From: Candidatus Limnocylindrales bacterium
Lineage (GTDB): Bacteria > Chloroflexota > Limnocylindria > Limnocylindrales > CSP1-4
Assembly (NCBI GenBank): GCA_038251965.1
Contig: JBBSAV010000004.1
Coordinates: 1-61,819 of the forward strand
Reading direction: 5' to 3'
Length of the DNA: 61,819 nt
In this document: positions 43,618-52,601 of the stretch, piece by piece
How positions within the stretch are numbered: position 1 is the stretch's first letter
Layout of the letters: each line of letters starts with the position of its first letter
Program-made: the position numbers and the translations under genes
Notes under the pieces: model-generated
What the model was told of the DNA's origin: nothing
Database searches by the model: none
The model's input: only the letters and a program-made list of their open reading frames with translations

Positions 43618-44676
43618 ATGAGCGAGCACACCACCCACGATCTCACCCAGCTGCGTCGTCGCATCGGCGATGTCTCGCAGCTCGTCTCCACGCGCGCCGC
43701 ACGTCTGGCCGATGGCAACGAAGACGGCGTCCGCGTCATCGACGCCCGTGCCTCCGGTGGCCTGTCGGCGCTGATCCTGGCCGATCGCGGACTGGACCTT
43801 GGTTCGGTGTGGGCTGCCGGGCACCAGGTAGGCTGGCAGTCGACCACTGGCGCAGTCCATCCGGCCTACTTCGAGGAAGCCGACTGGCTGCGCTCGTTCC
43901 ATGGCGGCATGCTCACCACCTGCGGCCTGCAGAACGTGGGCCTGCCCTCGGAGGAGGATGGCAAGACGTACGGTCTGCACGGCCGCATCTCCAACATCGC
44001 CGCGCGCAACGTGAGCCACCGTGTCATCGAGCAGGATGGCCGCCTGGTGGCGGAGGTGACCGGGGAGATGCGCGAGACGGACGTGTTCGGGGCCGACCTG
44101 CTGCTGCGTCGTCGCATCACGCTGCCCATGGGCGAGACCGTCCTGCACATCGAGGATGAGGTGATCAACCAGGGCTATGCACCGACAGCCCTGATGCTCC
44201 TCTACCACGTCAACCTGGGCTACCCGGTCGTGGCTGACGGAGCCCGATTGATGACGCCAGACGCTGAGATCACCCCGCGCGACGATGCTGCTCGTGCCGG
44301 GCTTGCGGCACGGGGCACCTTTCCTGCGCCCGTCGATGGCTTCACCGAGAACGTCTTCCGCCACGAGTTGGCACCGACGGACGCGGCGCGGGTCAGCGCA
44401 TCGATCGTCAACGCCGGGTTCGAGCCCACCGGCGGCATCGGCCTGACGGTCAGCTGGGACCCTCGTCAGTTGCCGCGCCTGTGGCAGTGGCGGATGCTCG
44501 GTCCGGGCATGTACCTCACCGGCCTGGAGCCGGCCAACTGCGGACTCGGCGGACGTGCCGCGGAGCGTGATGCAGGCGGCATCACCGAGTTGGAGCCTGA
44601 CGAGTCGCGACCGTTCGGCATCTCCATCCGCGTCTCTCTGGGGGAGCAGGCACAGGCCCTGGCCGCGCAAGGCTGA
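43618..44676 (+). CDS. aldose 1-epimerase family protein (DUF4432-like)
   Basis: FHGGMLTTCGLQNVG..YGLHGRISN..LLYHVNLGYPVV. I chose the ATG at 43618. Confidence 0.7.
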   Translation: MSEHTTHDLTQLRRRIGDVSQLVSTRAARLADGNEDGVRVIDARASGGLSALILADRGLDLGSVWAAGHQVGWQSTTGAVHPAYFEEADWLRSFHGGMLTTCGLQNVGLPSEEDGKTYGLHGRISNIAARNVSHRVIEQDGRLVAEVTGEMRETDVFGADLLLRRRITLPMGETVLHIEDEVINQGYAPTALMLLYHVNLGYPVVADGARLMTPDAEITPRDDAARAGLAARGTFPAPVDGFTENVFRHELAPTDAARVSASIVNAGFEPTGGIGLTVSWDPRQLPRLWQWRMLGPGMYLTGLEPANCGLGGRAAERDAGGITELEPDESRPFGISIRVSLGEQAQALAAQG

Positions 44677-44766
44677 ACTCCGTCGCGCAAGGCTGATCTC
44701 CGAAGCACGCGTGCAGCCGCGAGCCACGCGCGCAGGCGCAAGCACGCGCGCAGACGAGCCACGCAT

Positions 44767-44794
44767 CAGCCTGCCCAGCCGACTTGGCAGGCTG
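44767..44794. terminator. 9-bp perfect stem-loop CAGCCTGCC / GGCAGGCTG downstream of the DUF4432 gene
   Basis: Read directly, with a 10-nt loop. It lies 91 nt after the stop. No U-tract. Confidence 0.3.
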
Positions 44795-44924
44795 CGTGCT
44801 ACGGTCGCGTTGAAGAACGTTTGGCACTGGGAGGCTGGGCCATGCCCGGACCGGAGCTCGATCTGGTCGGTGACGAGGAACTCGCAGAGGTCGTCGAGGT
44901 CATTGGCAGTGGGCGGCTGTCCCG

Positions 44925-46058
44925 GTGCATCGACGCCTATCGAACGGTCGTGCATTGAGCCGGCGTTCGACCGGCCGTCCGGCCGGCCAGCCGCGCACGT
45001 GGCTGGCGGTCATCGCGCTTGGTCTCATCGTCGCTGCCTGCGTCACGGTGCCACGCGGTGACAAGGGAGCATCGACCACGCCGGCGCCGATGGGTTCGGC
45101 CACCCCCTCTGCCGCAGCAGCGTCGTTCCCTGCCGGATCGTCCGCCCTGCCCACCGCGTCCGCTCCGTTCCGTTCGGAACAGCCCAGCATCGGCTACATC
45201 TCGCTCGACGAATCGCAGGTCTTCGTCCAGGCCGTCAGTGCCGGGATCCGCCAAGCGGCCGATGCGGCCGGTATCGACCTCATCGAATGTGACTCGGGCT
45301 GGACTCGCGAAGGCGTCCAGGCCTGTGCCGGGCAGCTGGCGGCGGCCGGGGTCCACGGCGTCATCAGCTTCCAGCCCTTCGCCGACCTCGCGGCCGGTGT
45401 CTGCGAAACGACCGGCGACGCGCCCACCATCGGCATCGTCTATGACCAGGGCCCTTGTCAGATCTCGTTGCTGGCGATCGACCAGGCCGAGTCGGGCCGT
45501 CTCGCGGGCGCGGCCATGGGCGCCTTCGCGGCTGAGCGCTGGGATTGCGATGTGAAGGCTTGGGTCTCGCTCGGATCCGGCTCGGATGATCCCATCGGCG
45601 GCGCACGCATGGATGGTTTCCGAGATGGGTACCAGGAGCATTGCGCGTTGCCCAGCGACACGCGCGCGCTCGCCGATGCGCAGCACATGGTCACGGCTCG
45701 CACCCAGGTTGCGACGGCCCTGGGGAAGATCAAGGGCAAGCCCATCCTGGTGGCAGGGGTGAGCGACATCGCCATCCTGGGCGCGATGCAGGCAGCCACT
45801 GACGCCGGCCGCGCCAACCAGGTCTGGTACGGAGGACAGCTGGCCGACCCAGAGGTCCGTGCTGAGATCGCCTGCAACGATCACTACATCGCGTCGGTGG
45901 CCCAGCTCCCTGAACACTTCGGCACGACGCTCGTGCCGGCTCTCATCGAGGCCATGGCTGGTGGTGAGGTGGCCCCGCGGATCGACGCTGCATTGGAGGT
46001 GGTCACGGCCGCCAATGTCCGGACCCTGTTTCCTGACACGCCAGCGTGCGACGAGTAG
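44925..46058 (+). CDS. sugar-binding periplasmic protein (LacI/RbsB-type ABC substrate-binding lipoprotein), orphan
   Basis: Lipobox LIVAAC. IGYISLDESQVFVQAVSAGIRQAA..GVHGVISFQP. No permease or ATPase genes are adjacent. The start is uncertain. Confidence 0.65.
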   Translation: MHRRLSNGRALSRRSTGRPAGQPRTWLAVIALGLIVAACVTVPRGDKGASTTPAPMGSATPSAAAASFPAGSSALPTASAPFRSEQPSIGYISLDESQVFVQAVSAGIRQAADAAGIDLIECDSGWTREGVQACAGQLAAAGVHGVISFQPFADLAAGVCETTGDAPTIGIVYDQGPCQISLLAIDQAESGRLAGAAMGAFAAERWDCDVKAWVSLGSGSDDPIGGARMDGFRDGYQEHCALPSDTRALADAQHMVTARTQVATALGKIKGKPILVAGVSDIAILGAMQAATDAGRANQVWYGGQLADPEVRAEIACNDHYIASVAQLPEHFGTTLVPALIEAMAGGEVAPRIDAALEVVTAANVRTLFPDTPACDE

Positions 46059-46184
46059 GTGCAGGCTCGGGTAAGGTAATGCCACGTTACCGTCGTAGAG
46101 GAACGGCATGGGGAGCCGCCCGCGACGCCAGGCATGGGCAGGAGGGATCGGACCTTGGACAGGAATCGGACTCGCATCTCACGG

Positions 46185-47144
46185 ATGGCCAGATGGTCAG
46201 CCTTGATCGCCGTCGGAGCACTGGTCGTGGTGGCCTGCCGCCCCGACGATCCGACACCTGCGCCGACCGAAGTCCCGTCCGCTGCTGCCTCGACGGCCCC
46301 GGTCCTCGCGTCAATCGAGCCCATCGTGACGGCTGAGCCCACAGCCGAGCCCACGCCCAAGCCGACCAAGAAGCCCACACCCAAGCCGACTGCTGTCCCG
46401 ACCGTCGCCCCCACGGCCGAACCGACCGCCGAGCCGACCCTCGCGCCCACCGCCGAGCCGACGCTCGCGCCCACCGCCGAGCCGACCCTCGCGCCCACCG
46501 CCGAGCCGACGCTCGCGCCCACCGCCGAGCCGACGCTCGCGCCCACCGCCGAGCCGACGCTCGCGCCCACCGCCGAACCGACGCTCGCGCCCACCGCCGA
46601 ACCGACGCTCGAACCCACCGCCGAACCGACGCTCGAACCCACCGCCGAACCGACCGCCGAACCGACCCTCGAGCCCACCGCCGAACCGACCCTTGAGCCC
46701 ACCGCCGAACCCACGGCCGAACCCACCGTTGCGCCGACCCTCGAGCCCACCGCCATCGCGGCGCCAGCCGTGGCCGGCGCGATCACCCTGCCCGAGGATG
46801 CGGTCTTGACCGAGGGCGACACCTGGTCGATCGAGCTTCAGGACGCCTCCAAGATGGATGTACCTGCTGAGACCATCGGCGAAGCGTCAGGGGAGGTCGC
46901 TGACATAGAGGCGGCAGAGATCCCGTTCGCCATCACCTATGACCCTGAGACCATCGACGATGGCGTCACCTACACCCTGCGCGCGTCGGTCTTCGACGCG
47001 GACGGGAACCTCGTCTACACCAGTGACACGGTGACCGAGGGCATCGTGGACGGCCAGCCCCTCGACCAAATCCCCGTCCAAGTACAGCTTCCCACCGCTG
47101 CCGCTGAGTCGCCCGTCGCCGCCGTGGAAAGTCCGGCCGCATAG
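46185..47144 (+). CDS. lipoprotein with an AEPT(L/A)(A/E)PT repeat linker and a YbaY/YscW-like C-terminal domain
   Basis: Signal plus lipobox MARWSALIAVGALVVVAC. About 12 repeat units. The C-terminus reads TWSIELQDASKMD..IPFAITYDP..TYTLRASVFD. Confidence 0.7.
   Translation: MARWSALIAVGALVVVACRPDDPTPAPTEVPSAAASTAPVLASIEPIVTAEPTAEPTPKPTKKPTPKPTAVPTVAPTAEPTAEPTLAPTAEPTLAPTAEPTLAPTAEPTLAPTAEPTLAPTAEPTLAPTAEPTLAPTAEPTLEPTAEPTLEPTAEPTAEPTLEPTAEPTLEPTAEPTAEPTVAPTLEPTAIAAPAVAGAITLPEDAVLTEGDTWSIELQDASKMDVPAETIGEASGEVADIEAAEIPFAITYDPETIDDGVTYTLRASVFDADGNLVYTSDTVTEGIVDGQPLDQIPVQVQLPTAAAESPVAAVESPAA
46428..46751 (+). repeat. in-frame 24-bp tandem array GCCGA(G/A)CCGAC(G/C)CTCG(C/A)(G/A)CCCACC, about 12 copies
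   Basis: Units are phased every 24 nt from 46428, with near-identical central copies. It lies entirely inside the lipoprotein CDS. Confidence 0.9.
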
Positions 47145-47327
47145 CCATCCGGTGAGCGCGCGACTCCCGCGCGACCTCGCCGCTTCGAAGCCAAGCGCCG
47201 CCAGAGTCCCTGCCCATCACGGGTAGGCTGTGCGTGGCAACGGGCGCCGGATGGTGCCCGCACGGGGCCAACATGGCACGCGCTCAGCGCAGGCTTTCGA
47301 CAGTATCGTTGGCCCGGGACACCTGCA

Positions 47328-48324
<997 letters not shown>

Positions 48325-48455
48325 AGGGGACACGTACGCAGAACCGGGAGGGGTGGCGGGAGACCGGCGCCCCTTGACTGCGCCCAGGGCGAAGGCGCCG
48401 TCCGGATCAGGCGGTTCCTCGCCTGGCCGCCTCGACCGACTACGATGGAGCCGCC

Positions 48456-49103
48456 ATGGAACGCAGCCTCTACTACGTCCGACTCTTCCCCGGCACTGAA
48501 GCACGCTACGACCGCCTGCACGCGCAACTTCCGACCGAGGTCGCGGCTGAGATGCGCGACGCCGGGCTGCACGAGGTGACTGGCTTTCGACGCGGCACGG
48601 ACGTGTGGTGGTATGCCGAATGCGAGCCCGACCGCAATAGCGCTTTTCGTGGCTATGCCAGGGGCAGCGCCAACCGGCACTGGGGCAAGCAGTTCCGCGA
48701 TGTCATCGCGCAGGTCGAGGCTCCCGGTGGCGGGCTCATCTGGTACGACGAGGTCTTTCACACCGATGCCCCGGCGCCTGAGGGACCTTGGGAATGGGGC
48801 TGCTTCAGCCTCGTCATCGATCCGCGCACGGCGGTCCACTACGACAAGCTCCACGCCGAACCCTGGCCGGAGATGCTCCAGGCGATCGCCGATGCCGGCT
48901 ATCGCGACTACACTGGCTTCCGCCGCGGCGCCCACGTGGTCTATGTCGGTCGTTACTACCCCGATTTCCAGACGGTCATCGACAGGATCGGTGCGACCGA
49001 GGTGGCGGCGCGCTGGGGTGAGGCGTTCAAGGACACCATCACCACGTTCGTGGATGAACGGGGTCGCAATCACACAGCCGACCTGATCTACCACCAGGAT
49101 TAG
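48456..49103 (+). CDS. protein with two tandem L-rhamnose mutarotase-like (RhaM/DUF718) domains
   Basis: Domain 2 is YDKLHAEPWPEMLQAIADAGYRDYTGF. Domain 1 is the degenerate copy YDRLHAQLPTEVAAEMRDAGLHEVTGF. Confidence 0.65.
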   Translation: MERSLYYVRLFPGTEARYDRLHAQLPTEVAAEMRDAGLHEVTGFRRGTDVWWYAECEPDRNSAFRGYARGSANRHWGKQFRDVIAQVEAPGGGLIWYDEVFHTDAPAPEGPWEWGCFSLVIDPRTAVHYDKLHAEPWPEMLQAIADAGYRDYTGFRRGAHVVYVGRYYPDFQTVIDRIGATEVAARWGEAFKDTITTFVDERGRNHTADLIYHQD

Positions 49104-49148
49104 ACGCTTTCCGGCCTGTTCCTCGGGGTTCGTGCACGGGTCAGGCTC

Positions 49149-49248
49149 GGAGGCTCCATCCCGGGCCGGCAGCGGAGCCTTCACCCCGGGCCGGCAGCGG
49201 AGGCTCCATCCCGGGTCGGCAGCGGAGCCTCCACCCCGGGCCTGGTGC
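49149..49248. repeat. 25-bp tandem repeat x4 (alternating two variants, effectively 50 bp x2)
   Basis: GGAGGCTCCATCCCGGGCCGGCAGC, GGAGCCTTCACCCCGGGCCGGCAGC, GGAGGCTCCATCCCGGGTCGGCAGC, GGAGCCTCCACCCCGGGCCTGGTGC. It is intergenic. Confidence 0.9.
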
Positions 49249-49490
49249 CCCACTTGCGTGCCAGTCATCCAACTGACGCTCATCCCGTTTTCCACGTCTC
49301 TCGGTTGCCTGGGATGCACATCACCGGCAGCCCGTGCGGAAATCGGGCCTACCAGGCAAACCAGCGACGTGCCAGGACCCGACCTCGTGAGTTATGTGAG
49401 TGGTAGGCAAACCGCGAGGCAGAAGGTCGGAGTCGGTCGGGCCGATTCGGTTGGTGACAGACCGGTCCTGACCGCCTATGGTTCGGCATC

Positions 49491-50483
49491 GTGATCACTT
49501 ATCGGACCGAGGCCTTGACACCGTCCTCGCTGTGCCGGACGTCCGCCGTGGTCGGCCGCCTGGCCGCCGTGTTCCTGGCCGTGTCACTCGCGCTGGGACT
49601 AGCCGCGACCCAGCCGATCCGGGCGGCCGCGACGACACCCGACACTGGACCAGACGCGCCACTCACGTGGTCTCAGCCCACCCTGGCCGGCCTCTTGCTG
49701 GGCGGTCAGCAACCGCCGCTGATCGCCGAACCCGGTGCGCGCGCCGAGCCCGAAGACCCCGCCGATGCCTTGCTGACCACGCCACCGACGACGATTTCGC
49801 TTCGACCGCATCCCAAGCCCGGGCCATTCTCGATGAACCTCTATTCGGCCGGCGACTTCGTCCACCAGAAGACGGTCTACTGGTGCGTGGCCGCGTCGGT
49901 GCAGACGATGGTCAACATCATCGAGGACGATACGCCGGACCGGACCAAGCGTTCCCAGCGGCGTCTCCACCTCGACGGTCGCAGCCTCGATCCCGGTCAT
50001 GCCGAGTACTGGCGCCAACTGCCCGATGGTTCGCCCATGAAGCGGGGCCTGCACGGGCTGGGGCTGGTCGATTGGACCGCGATGCTGGACGCCAACGGCC
50101 ACGGGCCATACGTGATCGATCGCGCGGAGACTCGCAAGAGAGCCATCCGCATGGCCGCCAGGGCGATGCGTACGACGGGCAGGCCGGTGGGACTCGTGGT
50201 GTGGAAGGGTGCCCACGCTTGGGTCATGTCGGGATTCGTGTCGACGGCCGACCCGGCCTACACCAATGACTTCAAGGTCACCAAGGTCTTCATCGAGGAC
50301 CCCTGGTACCCCGATGTCAGTGCCATCTGGGGTGCCTCGCGACCACCGAACTCGACCGTTCCGGTCGCAGCCCTCGACGCTGACTACCTGCCGTATGACC
50401 GTCCGGGCCGGGTCCATCCCAAGCGCGACGGTCGCTTCCTGCTCATCCTGCCGACCCTTCCGGAGGGGACGCTGGTCGACTGA
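49491..50483 (+). CDS. secreted hypothetical protein with a papain-like (C39-like) Cys/His signature
   Basis: Signal-like VVGRLAAVFLAVSLALGLAA. QKTVYWCVAASVQTMVN is a candidate nucleophile Cys and GAHAWVMSGF a candidate His. The family call is tentative. Confidence 0.55.
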   Translation: MITYRTEALTPSSLCRTSAVVGRLAAVFLAVSLALGLAATQPIRAAATTPDTGPDAPLTWSQPTLAGLLLGGQQPPLIAEPGARAEPEDPADALLTTPPTTISLRPHPKPGPFSMNLYSAGDFVHQKTVYWCVAASVQTMVNIIEDDTPDRTKRSQRRLHLDGRSLDPGHAEYWRQLPDGSPMKRGLHGLGLVDWTAMLDANGHGPYVIDRAETRKRAIRMAARAMRTTGRPVGLVVWKGAHAWVMSGFVSTADPAYTNDFKVTKVFIEDPWYPDVSAIWGASRPPNSTVPVAALDADYLPYDRPGRVHPKRDGRFLLILPTLPEGTLVD

Positions 50484-50509
50484 GAGCGGACCCGGGCGTG
50501 CCAAGGTGA

Positions 50510-50797
50510 CTACGGACGATCGAGGATCTCGTGCCCGCTCACGCGTCGCCAGATCACATGTGGCCCAGCATCGGTGCCGGCGCCGTACTGGAACGTCGCC
50601 CGACCGTCGGGTGACCAGGTGATCTCGAAGACCTCATCGGTTCCCTGGACGCGCCTGACGCGCAGGCCGGCTCGAAAGCGCCCGCGACGCAGGTCGTCGA
50701 CGAAGTGGGCCACCGCTGTGCGGAAGCGAGCTCGCTCGCCTGACGTCAACCGAGCCAGATCCCTGTCAAAGCGTGCCGTGCGCTCCCAGGTCGGCAT
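50510..50797 (-). CDS. RelE/ParE-superfamily-like toxin
   Basis: 95 aa. FDRDLARL..L.VRRVQGTDEVFEITWSPDGRATFQY..VIWRRVSGHEI follows the RelE/ParE pattern. It starts at the nucleotide after the antitoxin stop. Confidence 0.6.
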   Translation of the reverse strand: MPTWERTARFDRDLARLTSGERARFRTAVAHFVDDLRRGRFRAGLRVRRVQGTDEVFEITWSPDGRATFQYGAGTDAGPHVIWRRVSGHEILDRP

Positions 50798-51082
50798 TCA
50801 GCCGAGTGCGTCACGTGGTTCGAGCGAGTCGAGGAACTCGGCGTCTGACGCGTAACGCGTGGTCTCGCCCGCAGCGATATCTTCCGAGGCTTCGCGCTCG
50901 CCAGCCTGCCACTCCTCTCGCCAGAACCACGCTTGCGAGGCGTCCACGACCATCTTCGGTTCCAACACGATGACATCGCCTCTGACGGACACCGCGAGGT
51001 AATCGCCCTCATCGATGCGGGCGCTGCGCCGGATCTCGTCCGGGATGGTGATCTGGCCCTTCGCCCTGAGCTTGACGAGCAT
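50798..51082 (-). CDS. AbrB/MazE/SpoVT-family antitoxin
   Basis: MLVKLRAKGQITIPDEIRRSARIDEGDYLAVSVRGDVIVLEP is a SpoVT-AbrB swapped-hairpin motif. I chose the ATG at 51082. Confidence 0.7.
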   Translation of the reverse strand: MLVKLRAKGQITIPDEIRRSARIDEGDYLAVSVRGDVIVLEPKMVVDASQAWFWREEWQAGEREASEDIAAGETTRYASDAEFLDSLEPRDALG

Positions 51083-51130
51083 GGGTGCCTCGGTGAGAGT
51101 GTCCGACTTTCCCACTGTAGCACCATGAGG

Positions 51131-51180
51131 CCAGCAGTCGCTCCAAGTGGCCAGCAGTCGCTCCAAGTGGGCAGCAGTCC
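51131..51180. promoter_or_regulatory. 20-bp tandem repeat x2 plus a partial third copy upstream of the antitoxin gene (candidate operator)
   Basis: CCAGCAGTCGCTCCAAGTGG at 51131-51150 and 51151-51170 (identical), then the partial GCAGCAGTCC. A TACAGT -10-like hexamer lies between the repeats and the ATG on the minus strand. Confidence 0.45.
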
Positions 51181-51350
51181 GCGCTGGGCGCCGGCCCGGT
51201 CGAACTCGCGTCTCTGCGAGTCGCGGCGGCGCTATTCCCTGGTGGACTGCTACGGCGAACCTGGGCCGCGGTCCCACTCAGGACGACGCAAGGGGCTGGG
51301 CCAGTCAACCACGGGCTGAGCCGTCCCCGTGGCGCCGTGTCCCGCCGGCG

Positions 51351-51782
51351 CTACGTCTCGAGCGGGTCCAGCCGCAGTGATGCCGAGTTGATGCAGTAGC
51401 GCTTGCCGGTGGGCTTGGGTCCATCGTCGAAGACGTGGCCCAGGTGTCCGCCACAAGCGGAGCACATCACCTCAGTGCGGGCCATGCCCAGCGAGCCGTC
51501 TGTTTCGTAGGCGATGGCGCCGTCCGCGGCCGGCTGCCAGAAGCTGGGCCAACCCGACCTGGAGTCGTACTTGGTGTCAGACGTGAAGAGCTCTGCGCCG
51601 CAACCGGCACAGCGATACATGCCCGAGCGCTTCTCATCGACGTACTCGCCGCTGAAGGCGCGTTCGGTATCCTTCTCGCGCAGGATGCGGTACTGGTCGG
51701 GGCTGAGGCGCTGACGCCATTCCTGCTCGGACGTCGGTCGTGAGATGGACGTCGGTTGCGCGCTAGTCTTCGAGTCACTCAT
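51351..51782 (-). CDS. msrB: peptide-methionine (R)-S-oxide reductase
   Basis: [42 protein letters not shown] chose the ATG at 51782. Confidence 0.9.
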   Translation of the reverse strand: MSDSKTSAQPTSISRPTSEQEWRQRLSPDQYRILREKDTERAFSGEYVDEKRSGMYRCAGCGAELFTSDTKYDSRSGWPSFWQPAADGAIAYETDGSLGMARTEVMCSACGGHLGHVFDDGPKPTGKRYCINSASLRLDPLET

Positions 51783-51852
51783 GGCGCCATCGTACGCCGC
51801 GGTCGTGACGAGCTGATGAACACCGCCGAGGCGACGGTGCGACCATAGCCAC

Positions 51853-52227
51853 ATGACCCTCGTCCTCATCGCCGTCGGCGGCGCAGCCGGTGCCGTGTCG
51901 CGCTACGTGTTGCAGGGTTGGGTCCAGGAGGTCAGCGGCGGGCGTTTTCCGTGGGGCACCTTCGCGGTCAACATCAGCGGCTCGTTCCTGCTCGGCCTTG
52001 TCTTCGCCTTGGCCATGGATCGATCGGTCCTGGCCCCGGAGGTGCGCGTCCCGGTGATGATCGGCTTCATCGGTTCGTACACCACCTTCTCCACGCTGAT
52101 GCTGGAATCGTGGCGATTGGTAGAGGAGGGCGACTACCTGTTCATGTTCGGCAACCTCATCGGCTCGGTCGTCATCGGCATGCTGGCGGTCGTGGCCGGT
52201 CTGGCCCTGGGGAGGCTCTTGCCATGA
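51853..52227 (+). CDS. crcB: fluoride efflux channel CrcB/FluC
   Basis: [40 protein letters not shown]. Confidence 0.9.
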   Translation: MTLVLIAVGGAAGAVSRYVLQGWVQEVSGGRFPWGTFAVNISGSFLLGLVFALAMDRSVLAPEVRVPVMIGFIGSYTTFSTLMLESWRLVEEGDYLFMFGNLIGSVVIGMLAVVAGLALGRLLP

Positions 52228-52601
52228 AGCTCGACGGGACCGCGCTGCTGGCGCGCATCTACATCGGTGAGTCGGATCACCACGACGGCCAGCCGCTCTA
52301 CGAAGCCATCGTCTTGCTCTTACGAGAACGAGGGATCGCTGGCGCCACGGTCCTGCGAGGCATCGAAGGCTATGGTCGCGCTGCGCGCCTGCACACCAGC
52401 CGCATCCTTCGCTTGTCGGAGGACCTGCCCATCCTGATCGAGGTCGTCGATCTCGAGGAACGCTTGCGTTCGGTCCTACCGGAGATCGATGCCATGGTGG
52501 GGGAGGGTCTCATCACGCTCGAACACGTCGAAGTCATCGCCTACCGGTCGCCGGAGACGCCGGAGACGCCGGCGAAGCCGGAGAAGGAGGATCCCGCATG
52601 A
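52224..52601 (+). CDS. DUF190 domain-containing protein
   Basis: LARIYIGESDHHDGQPLYEAIVLLLRERGIAGATVLRGIEGYG. ATGA overlap with crcB. The C-terminal PETPETPAKPEK tail is encoded by a short DNA repeat. Confidence 0.8.
   Translation: MKLDGTALLARIYIGESDHHDGQPLYEAIVLLLRERGIAGATVLRGIEGYGRAARLHTSRILRLSEDLPILIEVVDLEERLRSVLPEIDAMVGEGLITLEHVEVIAYRSPETPETPAKPEKEDPA

Noticed and set aside
44400-44430. A tRNA T-loop-like string, GGGTTCGAGCCC.
   Set aside because: It lies inside the DUF4432 coding sequence. The flanking bases do not form a T-stem or an acceptor stem, and no cloverleaf can be drawn.
46428-46751. Regularly spaced 24-bp repeats that could be mistaken for a CRISPR array. The same question arose for the arrays at 6027-6150 and 17171-17289.
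   Set aside because: The repeats are directly abutting, with no unique spacers, and no cas genes are present. The 46428 array is in frame inside a lipoprotein gene encoding AEPTLAPT units. These are tandem repeats, not CRISPR.
51783-51852. A possible fluoride (crcB-motif) riboswitch upstream of crcB. The region contains GGCG-8 nt-CGCC followed by GCTGATGA.
   Set aside because: Only the GCUGAUGA segment and the P1 stem length resemble the consensus as I recall it. The conserved GAUG-containing loop, the AAAC-type junction, a convincing second stem and pseudoknot complementarity are all missing. The stretch also overlaps the divergent msrB promoter region. A covariance-model scan would settle it.
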